Position numbers and translations under genes: made by a program. From a virus, in IMG/VR virus record IMGVR_UViG_3300030399_000018: 52,734 bases of DNA; one strand, written 5' to 3'. Shown piece by piece: positions 33,475 to 41,818 of the stretch. The stretch's first letter is position 1, and each line of letters starts with the position of its first letter. The notes beneath the pieces are model-generated. The model worked only from the letters and a program-made list of their open reading frames with translations, did not search any database and was not told where the DNA came from.

Positions 33475-33730
33475 GGTAAGCCCCTAATTAAAGGTCGTGG
33501 TAACAAGGTGCTGTACGTAAGCCTGTACAAGCAGAGCGTAATAGGTCGTTTGACCTAGGATAGCGGTGTACATGATTATTTGCCCCCTTGAAAGCAGGCC
33601 ACAATGAACCACACAACCAAAGCACCGGTAAAGAATGCGTACATAACAATCCCCTAATTACCTTGGCAATCTGGCCATCGTCAGAGCACGCCTAACGTGC
33701 TGAACACCTCACGGTGTTTTCGGCCTGAAT

Positions 33731-33919
33731 TTAAACCGGGCTTGCAGCTACTTGAGACGAAATGATCTCATAACCATTCATATGCAAACCCGTGGACAAT
33801 TCCACGCGCTCTTCGGGAGACAACTCCTTAATCTCCTTCATAAACTCAACACCTGTCTGGCCGGTCTTCAAGCCAAAGAAGTCCTTCGATGCGGCTACGA
33901 ACGTCATCTTTTTAATCAT
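33731..33919 (-). CDS. Hypothetical protein
   Basis: 62-aa ORF. SD-like AGGAG (33932-33928) lies 8 nt upstream of the ATG at 33919. Confidence 0.5.
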   Translation of the reverse strand: MIKKMTFVAASKDFFGLKTGQTGVEFMKEIKELSPEERVELSTGLHMNGYEIISSQVAASPV

Positions 33920-34065
33920 TTGAACTACTCCTAGTGTTGGTCATCATCAGAAGCGGCCTAACCGCTTGAACCCCCGGCCCTTACCCCTATACAAGCGTAA
34001 GGCGGTAGGGCTTACATAGGTTCCGGCGGTTCCTATGGCCTACCATGAGGGTTTTCGACCTGTTG

Positions 34066-34911
34066 TTACGCGTGCTGCTCTTCTTCAACAGCCTGCTCTT
34101 CGTCCGCTGTGACAACAGCTTGAACGAGCGCGACCTGTTCAACCGTCGGTGCGGCCGGTTCGATGTGCAGGTGATCGAACAAGGCGAAGCCGAGCGTAAT
34201 CAAATCTTCTTCGTCAAGCGTGCCCACCAGCTTGTCAAGCGCGGCTTTGACCTTGTGGACCTTGGCATCCAGCACAGCCTGACTGATGCGCGCCTCTGCA
34301 AGGCCAGCGATGCGCGTGTTATAGGCTAGCAGGTTTTCACCGTGGTTACGCGGGGTTGCAACCATGATTTCGGTCAGAATGTCTTTTTCGACCTTCTGTT
34401 CCTTTGCCATGCGGCGTTTGTCTTTCTCTGCGTCGCTCAGGTCTTTCACGCCTTGCCAATTGATACCAGCACTTACTAGTGCTCGTTTCGCCAGCACGCG
34501 CATATCTTGGTAGCCGGTTCGCTCAGTGTAACCAACCGCGTCAAGCTGCGGCTTTGCGAACTTCAGAGCGCCGAACGCCTGTTGCAGAATCGTGCGGGCA
34601 TTCATCGCGCTTTGGGTCTTCGGACCCCGGAATTGCTTTCCATCCGGGCCTTTTTCGGGAACGCCGTTCAGCTTGTCGACGGCCTTTGCACAATCGACCA
34701 TCTCGTTCGTAACTTTCTTGAACGATGCGGTATCAATCGCGGTAATCGCGTTACGCACAACCGTCATCTTAGTGATTTGCTCGTCAGAGCTAACGACGAA
34801 GTTATCGAACAGCCATTGCCCGGTCAATTGGGTTTGTTGGGTCGATTGGGCAGCGCCCATCGGTTCGAGCTTTCCTTCTGCTACTGCTGCGGTTCCGGAT
34901 ACGGTAGACAT
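34066..34911 (-). CDS. Hypothetical helical protein with an acidic C-terminus (281 aa) in the GC-richer island
   Basis: I chose the ATG at 34911 (MSTVSGTAAV) because it is preceded by GGAG. No family recognised. Confidence 0.65.
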   Translation of the reverse strand: MSTVSGTAAVAEGKLEPMGAAQSTQQTQLTGQWLFDNFVVSSDEQITKMTVVRNAITAIDTASFKKVTNEMVDCAKAVDKLNGVPEKGPDGKQFRGPKTQSAMNARTILQQAFGALKFAKPQLDAVGYTERTGYQDMRVLAKRALVSAGINWQGVKDLSDAEKDKRRMAKEQKVEKDILTEIMVATPRNHGENLLAYNTRIAGLAEARISQAVLDAKVHKVKAALDKLVGTLDEEDLITLGFALFDHLHIEPAAPTVEQVALVQAVVTADEEQAVEEEQHA

Positions 34912-35148
34912 GGTAATAACTCCACAAAATGTAGGTGGGAACATGATTGCTCCCTTGCCTACCTACAGATTAGGTCATATTTGACCCAGATACAAGTACT
35001 AAGGTGATTACTTTGTAACAGAGCCCGGGTAGCTGTTGCATAAATACAACATATATTGGGGACATGTAACTATTATAGACCTTTGTTCTAGGGCCAGATC
35101 AACTAAGTTGTAACAAGATGTAACAGACGATAGTTTATGCCTATCAAT

Positions 35149-35178
35149 AAAAAAAGCCGATAGTTAAAAGCTATCGGC
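35149..35178 (-). terminator. Rho-independent terminator (minus strand) ending the first early transcription unit
   Basis: The minus strand reads GCCGATAG-CTTTTAA-CTATCGGC followed by TTTTTTT. Confidence 0.85.
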
Positions 35179-35208
35179 CTATAAAATACTCAGGTTAGTA
35201 CTATTTCA

Positions 35209-35418
35209 TTACATGGGATGCCAACTATTGCCCAGATATTCCCAGAAAACCACGCGGAATCCGGATTTTTGAGATAGCAAAAACTTGGAGTATTCGGCAG
35301 GGTCCACAATGTAGCCCAACAGCGTGCCGCGTGCGTTACACAGAGCCCAATAACGATATTGCCCGGTTTGACGCGCTACCTCACGAGCCTTTGCCTCTGT
35401 AGTAAGAAAAGTAAACAT
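35209..35418 (-). CDS. Early hypothetical protein
   Basis: 69-aa ORF whose ATG lies 1 nt after the upstream stop. Confidence 0.5.
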   Translation of the reverse strand: MFTFLTTEAKAREVARQTGQYRYWALCNARGTLLGYIVDPAEYSKFLLSQKSGFRVVFWEYLGNSWHPM

Positions 35419-35419
35419 A

Positions 35420-35536
35420 TCAATAACTCCCGGAGATTAAGCGTACTGCAATTAGGCGCAAGGCAGCGCCATCTTTCCGTTTCATTTCCAGATACATGTT
35501 GCGTAATAACAACAGGCGTTGAGCGAGTTCACTCAT
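35420..35536 (-). CDS. Small early hypothetical protein (38 aa)
   Basis: MSELAQRLLLLRNMYLEMKRKDGAALRLIAVRLISGSY, with an ATGAGTGA overlap onto the upstream stop. Confidence 0.3.
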   Translation of the reverse strand: MSELAQRLLLLRNMYLEMKRKDGAALRLIAVRLISGSY

Positions 35537-35720
35537 TCTTGTAACCCGGTTTGACCAGCGAAGTACACAGCGTGACTTTATAACCATCATCCTTCGGATA
35601 CTCCTCTTTCCACTGCTTGAACCACGTTTCGGCTTCTTGTTTGACGGTTGTAACAACCTCTTCGTCATACTCACCGTATGAATCTTTGACCAAGACCTGA
35701 TACCAAGTAACGTTAGACAT
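35529..35720 (-). CDS. First early hypothetical protein (63 aa, acidic)
   Basis: This is the first convincing ORF downstream of the leftward early promoter. Confidence 0.5.
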   Translation of the reverse strand: MSNVTWYQVLVKDSYGEYDEEVVTTVKQEAETWFKQWKEEYPKDDGYKVTLCTSLVKPGYKNE

Positions 35721-36380
35721 AATGGTAAACCCCTATAAGAGAACAGAGAACAATTACAGAATAGGAGACATTTACCAGGGATGATATTAGTACAAACCCT
35801 ACGTTCCCTTCAGGAACTCACTAAACCATCAAGTAATAACGTTATTACCCCACTTACTGCTAAACAGGTTTGGTCGCGATCACAATCGCTCTAAACGCCT
35901 TATGACGGGTTAGTAAGCCAGACTGGTAGGTATGTATAGGGAAGACGGTTTGACGCCTGTGTAGAGCGTTTTGGTAGGTAATAGAGCTATTGCTATCAAC
36001 CTGGGGGACAGTGTGTATGTGATTGAATGTAAAGAACTGTGATAGAACCAACTTCATTATTAATTCATAAGAGCACAGATAAGAACCATTATTATTTAAA
36101 ATACATGTTCTCTAAGTTAAAACGACCTTCTAAGAATCTTTGACGGCATGGGGGGAAACATTCTTGGATGGAAAAGCTCGAAAGGCAGGATAATACGCTG
36201 CTATGTATTTTCTGGAGGGAGGGGTGTTTCTTATTTATATTTATTTATTTTAAAACCAGCTCGGCGGTGAAGCATACCTCGCAGCCCCTCCAGGGGCAAC
36301 ACTGTAGTACACAGCTTTAGCTGTAGTCCTCTAAGTTCAGGTAAACCTTCACTAAGAGGAATAAAACAAACCCATGCAAA

Positions 36381-36412
36381 CAAGAAAGAAAAAAGAAGTT
36401 TTTCAACTTCTT
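36381..36412 (-). promoter_or_regulatory. AT-rich hairpin plus U-run beginning ~12 nt after the predicted leftward transcription start (attenuator or 5' stabiliser candidate)
   Basis: The minus strand reads AAGAAGTT-GAAA-AACTTCTT followed by TTTTCTTTCTT. Confidence 0.4.
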
Positions 36413-36430
36413 AAAAAGAAAGAAGTATTA

Positions 36431-36459
36431 ATTATAACACAGAATAGAAGCTTTGTCAA
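36431..36459 (-). promoter_or_regulatory. Consensus sigma70 early promoter, leftward
   Basis: The minus strand reads TTGACA (36459-36454), a 17-nt spacer, then TATAAT (36436-36431). Confidence 0.75.
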
Positions 36460-36508
36460 GCTCTAGTACTAAGCTTATTACTTTATTTGTTGTTTTTGTA
36501 TCTTTTAC

Positions 36509-36537
36509 TTGACAAAACGATTAAACTATGGTAAGAT
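36509..36537 (+). promoter_or_regulatory. Sigma70-like promoter, rightward (structural arm), with an extended -10
   Basis: TTGACA (36509-36514), a 17-nt spacer ending in TGG, then TAAGAT (36532-36537). Confidence 0.7.
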
Positions 36538-36662
36538 GGTTGCTAGATGCTGATAGTTGTATCACAATTTGATGTATCTGTCAAGGGAGGTGATCCCTTA
36601 TCTCGTCCCTATCCTGGGTAAGACGTTAAAAGTGCCCCAGGGCCTACTCCAAGAGGATCCCT

Positions 36663-37229
36663 TTGAATATCTACAAACCTACTCGGCGTCGTGCTCTAAG
36701 TGCTCGAAAGAGTCGGTGGGCAGACAGCCAAAAGATCGAAGCAGTTACCACCTACATGATACTGGGCAATTTAAAGCTCGTATCAGGCGCTCTAAGCGTT
36801 CCGTATGACACCCTCAAGGTGTGGAAGGCAAGTGAGTGGTGGAAGACGATGGAGAGCGATCTACGCGTTCAGGAAGACCTCCAGCTATCCAACCGTCTGA
36901 AGAAGATCATTGCCAACAGCTATGATGCTGTTGAAGACCGCCTAGCTAATGGTGACTTCATGTTTGACCAGAAAACTGGTGAAATGCGAAGAAAGCCAGT
37001 AAACATGCGAGATGCTCACAAAGTTGCAGTTGATCTTTCTGATCGACGTGATGTAATGCTTGAACGCCACATTGCTGGTGAATCTGTAACCAACGACAAA
37101 ATTGAAGCAACTCTTCGTAATCTGGCAGAACAATTTGCCCAGATTGCCAACCAAACAAAAAAACCATCGGTTGAAGTCACTGATGTAATCTTCGGAGAAG
37201 ACTCCCAAAATGCCAAGGACAAACCCTGA
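36663..37229 (+). CDS. terS: Putative terminase small subunit
   Basis: The TTG start lies 5 nt after AAGAGGA. It is the first gene of the late arm, directly upstream of HNH and TerL. The N-terminal region looks HTH-like (ADSQKIEAVTTYMILGNLKLVSGALSVPYDTLKVWK). Confidence 0.55.
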   Translation: MNIYKPTRRRALSARKSRWADSQKIEAVTTYMILGNLKLVSGALSVPYDTLKVWKASEWWKTMESDLRVQEDLQLSNRLKKIIANSYDAVEDRLANGDFMFDQKTGEMRRKPVNMRDAHKVAVDLSDRRDVMLERHIAGESVTNDKIEATLRNLAEQFAQIANQTKKPSVEVTDVIFGEDSQNAKDKP

Positions 37230-37509
37230 TGGGACCAGAGACTACACCTACGATACCAAGTATGAATCTACTAGCGCCCATAGGCGCGAGCGATCTGAGC
37301 GAACCCTCGCCCGACGGGAGTTGGCGAAGGAAGGAAAGGTTTCGGTTGGCGACGGCCAAGATGTTGACCATATCCGCCCGTTATCTAAAGGTGGTACTAA
37401 CGCCTGGAGTAATTTACGGGTCGAGTCCGCCCATGATAACCGATCGTTTGAACGCAACTCAGACTCGTCACTGAAGCGTAACGTGAGCCCAACCAAAGGT
37501 AAGAAATGA
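37210..37509 (+). CDS. HNH endonuclease between TerS and TerL
   Basis: DVDHIRPLSKGGTNAWSNLRVESAHDNRS (H-N-H core). It overlaps both neighbours, with an ATGA overlap onto TerL. Confidence 0.85.
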   Translation: MPRTNPDGTRDYTYDTKYESTSAHRRERSERTLARRELAKEGKVSVGDGQDVDHIRPLSKGGTNAWSNLRVESAHDNRSFERNSDSSLKRNVSPTKGKK

Positions 37510-39023
37510 AGGTCACAAGAGACGTTGTAGCTGGTTTTGTTGGCTCCGTCCTTGCTCCTACCTTTGAAGATTCGTGTGCTTCACCAGAGTTTCACCAGGA
37601 GGTTTGGGATCTATGTTGCAGCGAGAACAAGTTTGTTGCTATTGCGGCCCCACGGGGACATGCGAAATCAACCGCTGTTACGCTTGGGTACGGGCTAGCT
37701 ACCCTGCTGTTCAGAGAGCGGAAGTTTATGCTGCTTGTCTCCGATACCGAAGCACAGGCGAGCCTTTTCCTAGGGAATATCAAGAACGCGCTTCAAGACA
37801 ACTCCCAGTTGATTGAATTGTTCGGATTAAAGAAGAACCCTGCTGGCCAAGTCCAGTTTATAAAAGACAGCGAAACTGACATCATTGTAGAATTTGATGA
37901 CGGACACAAGTTCCGGATAATCGCAAAGGGATCAGAACAAAAACTCCGTGGTTTGCTGTGGAACAACAGCCGCCCTGATATCATTATCGGGGATGACATG
38001 GAAAACGACGAACTTGTCATGAACAAGGAGCGTCGTGCCAAGTTTAAGAAGTGGGTTACGAATGCTCTGTTACCGTGTAGAAGCGACCAGGGCATTGTCC
38101 GTTTTGTGGGAACTATCCTCCACATGGACTCGATGCTGGAAGGTCTGATGCCCAAACCCTATGCTAAATCCACTGTAACAGAACCGCTCAAGCAGTACAG
38201 TACAGATCGTAGGATGTGGAGGTCGATCAAGTATCGTGCCCACACAGATGACTGGAAGCAGCTTCTCTGGCCTCAGAAGAAGTCTGTGAAGGAATTCAAG
38301 ATGCTCAAGCAGCAAGCCTTTGAAATGGGGTTAGCTGATGGCTATAGTCAGGAATATCTTAATATCCCAATCGACGAGTCCAGCACCTACTTCCGTCGTG
38401 CCGACTTTCTGGCCATGCGAGAAGAAGATTATAAGAAGCCTGTTCGATACTACATAGCTGTTGACTTAGCTATCTCAGACAAAGAGACAGCCGACTACAG
38501 CGTCTTTGTTATCGCAGGAGTGGATGAAGATAAACGACTCCAAGTCCGCAACGTTATCCGAGAGCGCATGGACGGTCGAGAGATCGTTGACACACTGTTG
38601 ATGCTTCAGAAGCTTTACGATCCTGAGTGTATTGGGATTGAAGAGATGCAAGTCTCCAAGGCCATTGGTCCGTTCCTTCGGGAAGAGATGCAGAGGAATA
38701 ACAACTACATCAACCTTTATCCCCTTAAACACGGTGGTAAAGACAAGATTACCAGAGCCAGATCCATCCAAGCACGTATGCGTGCCCAAGGATGTAAGTT
38801 TGATAAACAGGGTGACTGGTATCAGACCTTCGAAGATGAGCTGATGCGCTTCCCTCGGGATAAGCATGACGACCAAGTTGACGGATTCTCTTACCTTGGT
38901 TTGATGCTGGATGTGGTAATTGAAGCCCCCACCAAAGAAGATCTCGAAGAAGAAGAATATCAGATCGAGTATGAAAGCTCTGGTCTCAGTGATGAAGGCA
39001 GGAATGCAACTACTGGATATTAA
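37506..39023 (+). CDS. terL: Terminase large subunit
   Basis: It has Walker A-like AAPRGHAKST, Walker B LLVSD and IIIGDDMEND, and a C-terminal nuclease with DKHDDQVD. Confidence 0.9.
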   Translation: MKVTRDVVAGFVGSVLAPTFEDSCASPEFHQEVWDLCCSENKFVAIAAPRGHAKSTAVTLGYGLATLLFRERKFMLLVSDTEAQASLFLGNIKNALQDNSQLIELFGLKKNPAGQVQFIKDSETDIIVEFDDGHKFRIIAKGSEQKLRGLLWNNSRPDIIIGDDMENDELVMNKERRAKFKKWVTNALLPCRSDQGIVRFVGTILHMDSMLEGLMPKPYAKSTVTEPLKQYSTDRRMWRSIKYRAHTDDWKQLLWPQKKSVKEFKMLKQQAFEMGLADGYSQEYLNIPIDESSTYFRRADFLAMREEDYKKPVRYYIAVDLAISDKETADYSVFVIAGVDEDKRLQVRNVIRERMDGREIVDTLLMLQKLYDPECIGIEEMQVSKAIGPFLREEMQRNNNYINLYPLKHGGKDKITRARSIQARMRAQGCKFDKQGDWYQTFEDELMRFPRDKHDDQVDGFSYLGLMLDVVIEAPTKEDLEEEEYQIEYESSGLSDEGRNATTGY

Positions 39024-39025
39024 CT

Positions 39026-41293
39026 ATGCCGATTAACAACACCCCTCAGGGGGCTATGCAGAATATGGCCGCCGGAAGTCAAGGGGGTCAGGGAGTTGAT
39101 CCCAACAATGATCCTTATCAGTTGGCAGATGTGGCCCAACAAGCTGGTGCTCAACAGCAACAGATGAACGCCCAACCAGCTCCTCCGCCCCAACCAGATA
39201 TTCCTCACCCAGACACTCAGAAACCGTCTGATCGTCTGCGCAAGTACATTGAGTCGGTCAACATTGCAGATCATCTCGAAGAGGATGAACTACGCAAGAT
39301 TGCCTATGACTGTGCTGAAGGGTTTGAGGTTGACCTCCAGTCCCGCATCGAGTGGGAACGAAAAGTCGATGAGTGGGTGAAGCTGGCCTCTCAGGTCCAA
39401 GAACAAAAAGCATATCCTTGGCCTAAAGCCTCGAATATCAAGTATCCTCTGCTTTCTACCGCAGCTATGCAGTTCGCTGCGAGGGCCTACCCTACCTTGG
39501 TTCCTTCTGATGGTATGATTGTCCAGGGTCAGGTGATTGGTAAGGATCCTGATGACACGAAGCAGGACCAAGCAGAACGTATTGCAACCTACATGTCATA
39601 CGACATTATGCACAACATGATTGGTTGGGAAGAAGGGATGGATAAACTTCTGATCCAACTGCCTCTAGTCGGCACGATGTTTAAAAAGACGTACTGGGAC
39701 TCAGTAAAGAAGAAGAATTGTAGTCATGTATTGCTGCCAAAGCACGTAGTTGTGAACTACTGGGCAACTGATATGTGTAGTGCTGAGCGCATCTCTGAAA
39801 TCATCCCAATGACCAAGAGGGCCATTAAACAGCGTCAGATGGGTAAGTTGTTCTGTAAGGATGTAGATCTAGGTGCGCCCCCAAGCGTGCCCTTTGATGC
39901 CCATCCTAAGCAGTCTATGTGGATGCCAGCAAATGATGACACAACTCCTTATGAGATTATTGAACAGCATTGTTATTATGACCTTGATGATGACGGTTAT
40001 TCAGAACCGTACATTGTTACGTTCCATCGTCAAACCCGTAAAATTCTAAGAATCACGGCACGGTATGATGAACAAACTATGTTTTTTAATGACGATGGTA
40101 CTTTGGCTAGTATTGAGCCTATACATTATTTTACTAAGTTTGGGTTCATACCTAGCCCCGATGGTGGGTTTTATGACATTGGCTTTGGCATGCTTCTTGG
40201 CCCAATTAATGAATCGGTTAATACCCTAATCAACCAACTGACTGATGCTGGTACTTTGAACAATCTTCAGTCTGGATTTATTGGAAAGGGCTTGCGCTTG
40301 CGCATGGGCGATCATCGCTTCATGCCTGGGGAGTGGAAGGCAGTTAATGCTGTTGGAGATGACTTGAAGAAACAGATCTTCCCTCTCCCGACTAAAGAAC
40401 CTAGCGCCGTCCTGTTTCAGTTGATGGGAACCCTTATTACTTCTGGTAAAGAGTTGGCCTCTGTGGCCGACATTTTCACTGGTAAGATGCCCGGCCAAAA
40501 CACCCCAGCTACCACTACAATGGCTACGGTGGAGCAAGGTATGAAAGTATTTACGGCCATCTACAAGAGAATCTACCGTGCTTTGAATGAGGAATTCTGT
40601 AAGTTGTTCAAGTTGAACGCTACTTACCTAGATCCCCAGACCTACAGTGCAGTAGTTAATGAGCAGATTGGCCCAGATGACTTTGATGAAAAGACCTATC
40701 GTGTAGTCCCTGCCGCTGACCCGAACGCAACTAGCGCCTCGGAAAAGCTTCAGAAAGCACAAGGCTTATTGGAACTGTTGCCCATTGGTGTGCTGGATCC
40801 AATCCAAGTCATTACCCGTGTGTTGAAGGCACAAGATCAGCCGAACTACCAGCAGTTGTTTAATCAGCAGGTACAGCAGACTGGGCAAATGCCTCCGCCT
40901 CCCCCGGATCCCAAGGTTCAGGAACTTCAGATGAAGTCGCAGGCGCAGCAACAGGAGATTCAACTCAAAGCCCAAGCACAACAGCAATCCATGCAATTGG
41001 ATCAGCAGTCTGCTCAGGCTAAGATGGAAAATGACAAAGCGGTAGCTGCACAGAAAATGCAGATTGCCGCACAAGAAGCTAACCTCAACGCAGCAGTTGA
41101 ACTTCATACTACCAGGGCTAAGATGGCCCAGGATCAGATGGCCAACCACCAGCAGATTCAGCAAAGCGCTGAAACTCATCAAGAGACTATTCGACAGAGT
41201 GAAGAGTCCCACAAGGCCAAAGTTCAGCAAACTAAGGAGATGGCAAAATCAGCGCAACCCAATCGTTCTCAGACTGGAAAAACCAAGAGATAA
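39026..41293 (+). CDS. Portal protein with a long Gln-rich C-terminal helical extension
   Basis: 755 aa, immediately after TerL. The last ~150 aa are Q/A/K-rich (QELQMKSQAQQQEIQLKAQAQQQSMQLDQQ...). Confidence 0.8.
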   Translation: MPINNTPQGAMQNMAAGSQGGQGVDPNNDPYQLADVAQQAGAQQQQMNAQPAPPPQPDIPHPDTQKPSDRLRKYIESVNIADHLEEDELRKIAYDCAEGFEVDLQSRIEWERKVDEWVKLASQVQEQKAYPWPKASNIKYPLLSTAAMQFAARAYPTLVPSDGMIVQGQVIGKDPDDTKQDQAERIATYMSYDIMHNMIGWEEGMDKLLIQLPLVGTMFKKTYWDSVKKKNCSHVLLPKHVVVNYWATDMCSAERISEIIPMTKRAIKQRQMGKLFCKDVDLGAPPSVPFDAHPKQSMWMPANDDTTPYEIIEQHCYYDLDDDGYSEPYIVTFHRQTRKILRITARYDEQTMFFNDDGTLASIEPIHYFTKFGFIPSPDGGFYDIGFGMLLGPINESVNTLINQLTDAGTLNNLQSGFIGKGLRLRMGDHRFMPGEWKAVNAVGDDLKKQIFPLPTKEPSAVLFQLMGTLITSGKELASVADIFTGKMPGQNTPATTTMATVEQGMKVFTAIYKRIYRALNEEFCKLFKLNATYLDPQTYSAVVNEQIGPDDFDEKTYRVVPAADPNATSASEKLQKAQGLLELLPIGVLDPIQVITRVLKAQDQPNYQQLFNQQVQQTGQMPPPPPDPKVQELQMKSQAQQQEIQLKAQAQQQSMQLDQQSAQAKMENDKAVAAQKMQIAAQEANLNAAVELHTTRAKMAQDQMANHQQIQQSAETHQETIRQSEESHKAKVQQTKEMAKSAQPNRSQTGKTKR

Positions 41294-41337
41294 GTCTTGC
41301 TGTTTTTCAATACCTAAAGCAGGTGCGCTCCACTTCA

Positions 41338-41475
41338 ATGGAGTATTTAGAGTTTAATGCGGGGAAAGACTCGTTACAGGATCGTTATTTGACTGGTCTT
41401 CTTGCTGGCATTAATTCAGTGTTGAACATCCAATTAGCGGATATTGTAGACGAGGAACCTCAAGATGAGCATTAA
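41338..41475 (+). CDS. Small acidic hypothetical protein (45 aa)
   Basis: Hand translation gives MEYLEFNAGKDSLQDRYLTGLLAGINSVLNIQLADIVDEEPQDEH. The stop overlaps the next start by 11 nt. Confidence 0.3.
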   Translation: MEYLEFNAGKDSLQDRYLTGLLAGINSVLNIQLADIVDEEPQDEH

Positions 41476-41812
41476 AGCAGTCATTCATCGACTTATAGTT
41501 AAGCCGGTAAAGATTGAAGAATATGATGAAGTGACCGCCCGTATGAAGGCGGCAGGATTTGAAATTGCAAAGACTGAGGAAACCAAATATCTGCACACCC
41601 AGATCGATCAAGGTACAATCCTAGACATTGGCCCCACAGCATTCCTGGACTATGTGAAGAAACACAATCTAGCAATTCCAGTCAAGGTAGGTGATCTAGT
41701 TACCTACGCTCGACACAGTGGCAAGACAGTGAAAGATCCGAGTACCGAAGAAGATGTTGTCATTCTCAATGACGAAGACATTCTCTGCTACTACGAAAAT
41801 CAAGGGGAGTAA
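41465..41812 (+). CDS. GroES/Cpn10-like co-chaperonin homolog
   Basis: IKAVIHRLIVKPVKIEE resembles IRPLHDRVIVKRKEVE, GTILDIGP resembles GEVLAVGNG, and VKVGDLVTYARHSGKTVKD...VVILNDEDILCYYE resembles VKVGDIVIF..YGVKSEKID..VLIMSESDILAIVE of E. coli GroES. Confidence 0.7.
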   Translation: MSIKAVIHRLIVKPVKIEEYDEVTARMKAAGFEIAKTEETKYLHTQIDQGTILDIGPTAFLDYVKKHNLAIPVKVGDLVTYARHSGKTVKDPSTEEDVVILNDEDILCYYENQGE

Positions 41813-41818
41813 CCAAAG

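Noticed and set aside
33027-33558. Overlapping ORFs 33027-33389 (minus) and 33148-33558 (plus)
   Set aside because: They are mutually exclusive with 33157-33474, which has the more protein-like charged helical sequence and ATGA coupling to a downstream mini-ORF. The plus-strand ORF would oppose the whole transcription unit.
35860-36057. 65-aa minus-strand ORF in the leftward leader
   Set aside because: There is no SD before the ATG (aattaataATG) and the composition is not protein-like. I keep it only as part of the non-coding-leader finding.
36557-36808. 83-aa plus-strand ORF overlapping the TerS start
   Set aside because: It starts inside the structured leader without an SD and overlaps the better-supported TTG-initiated TerS frame, which has AAGAGGA at 5-nt spacing.
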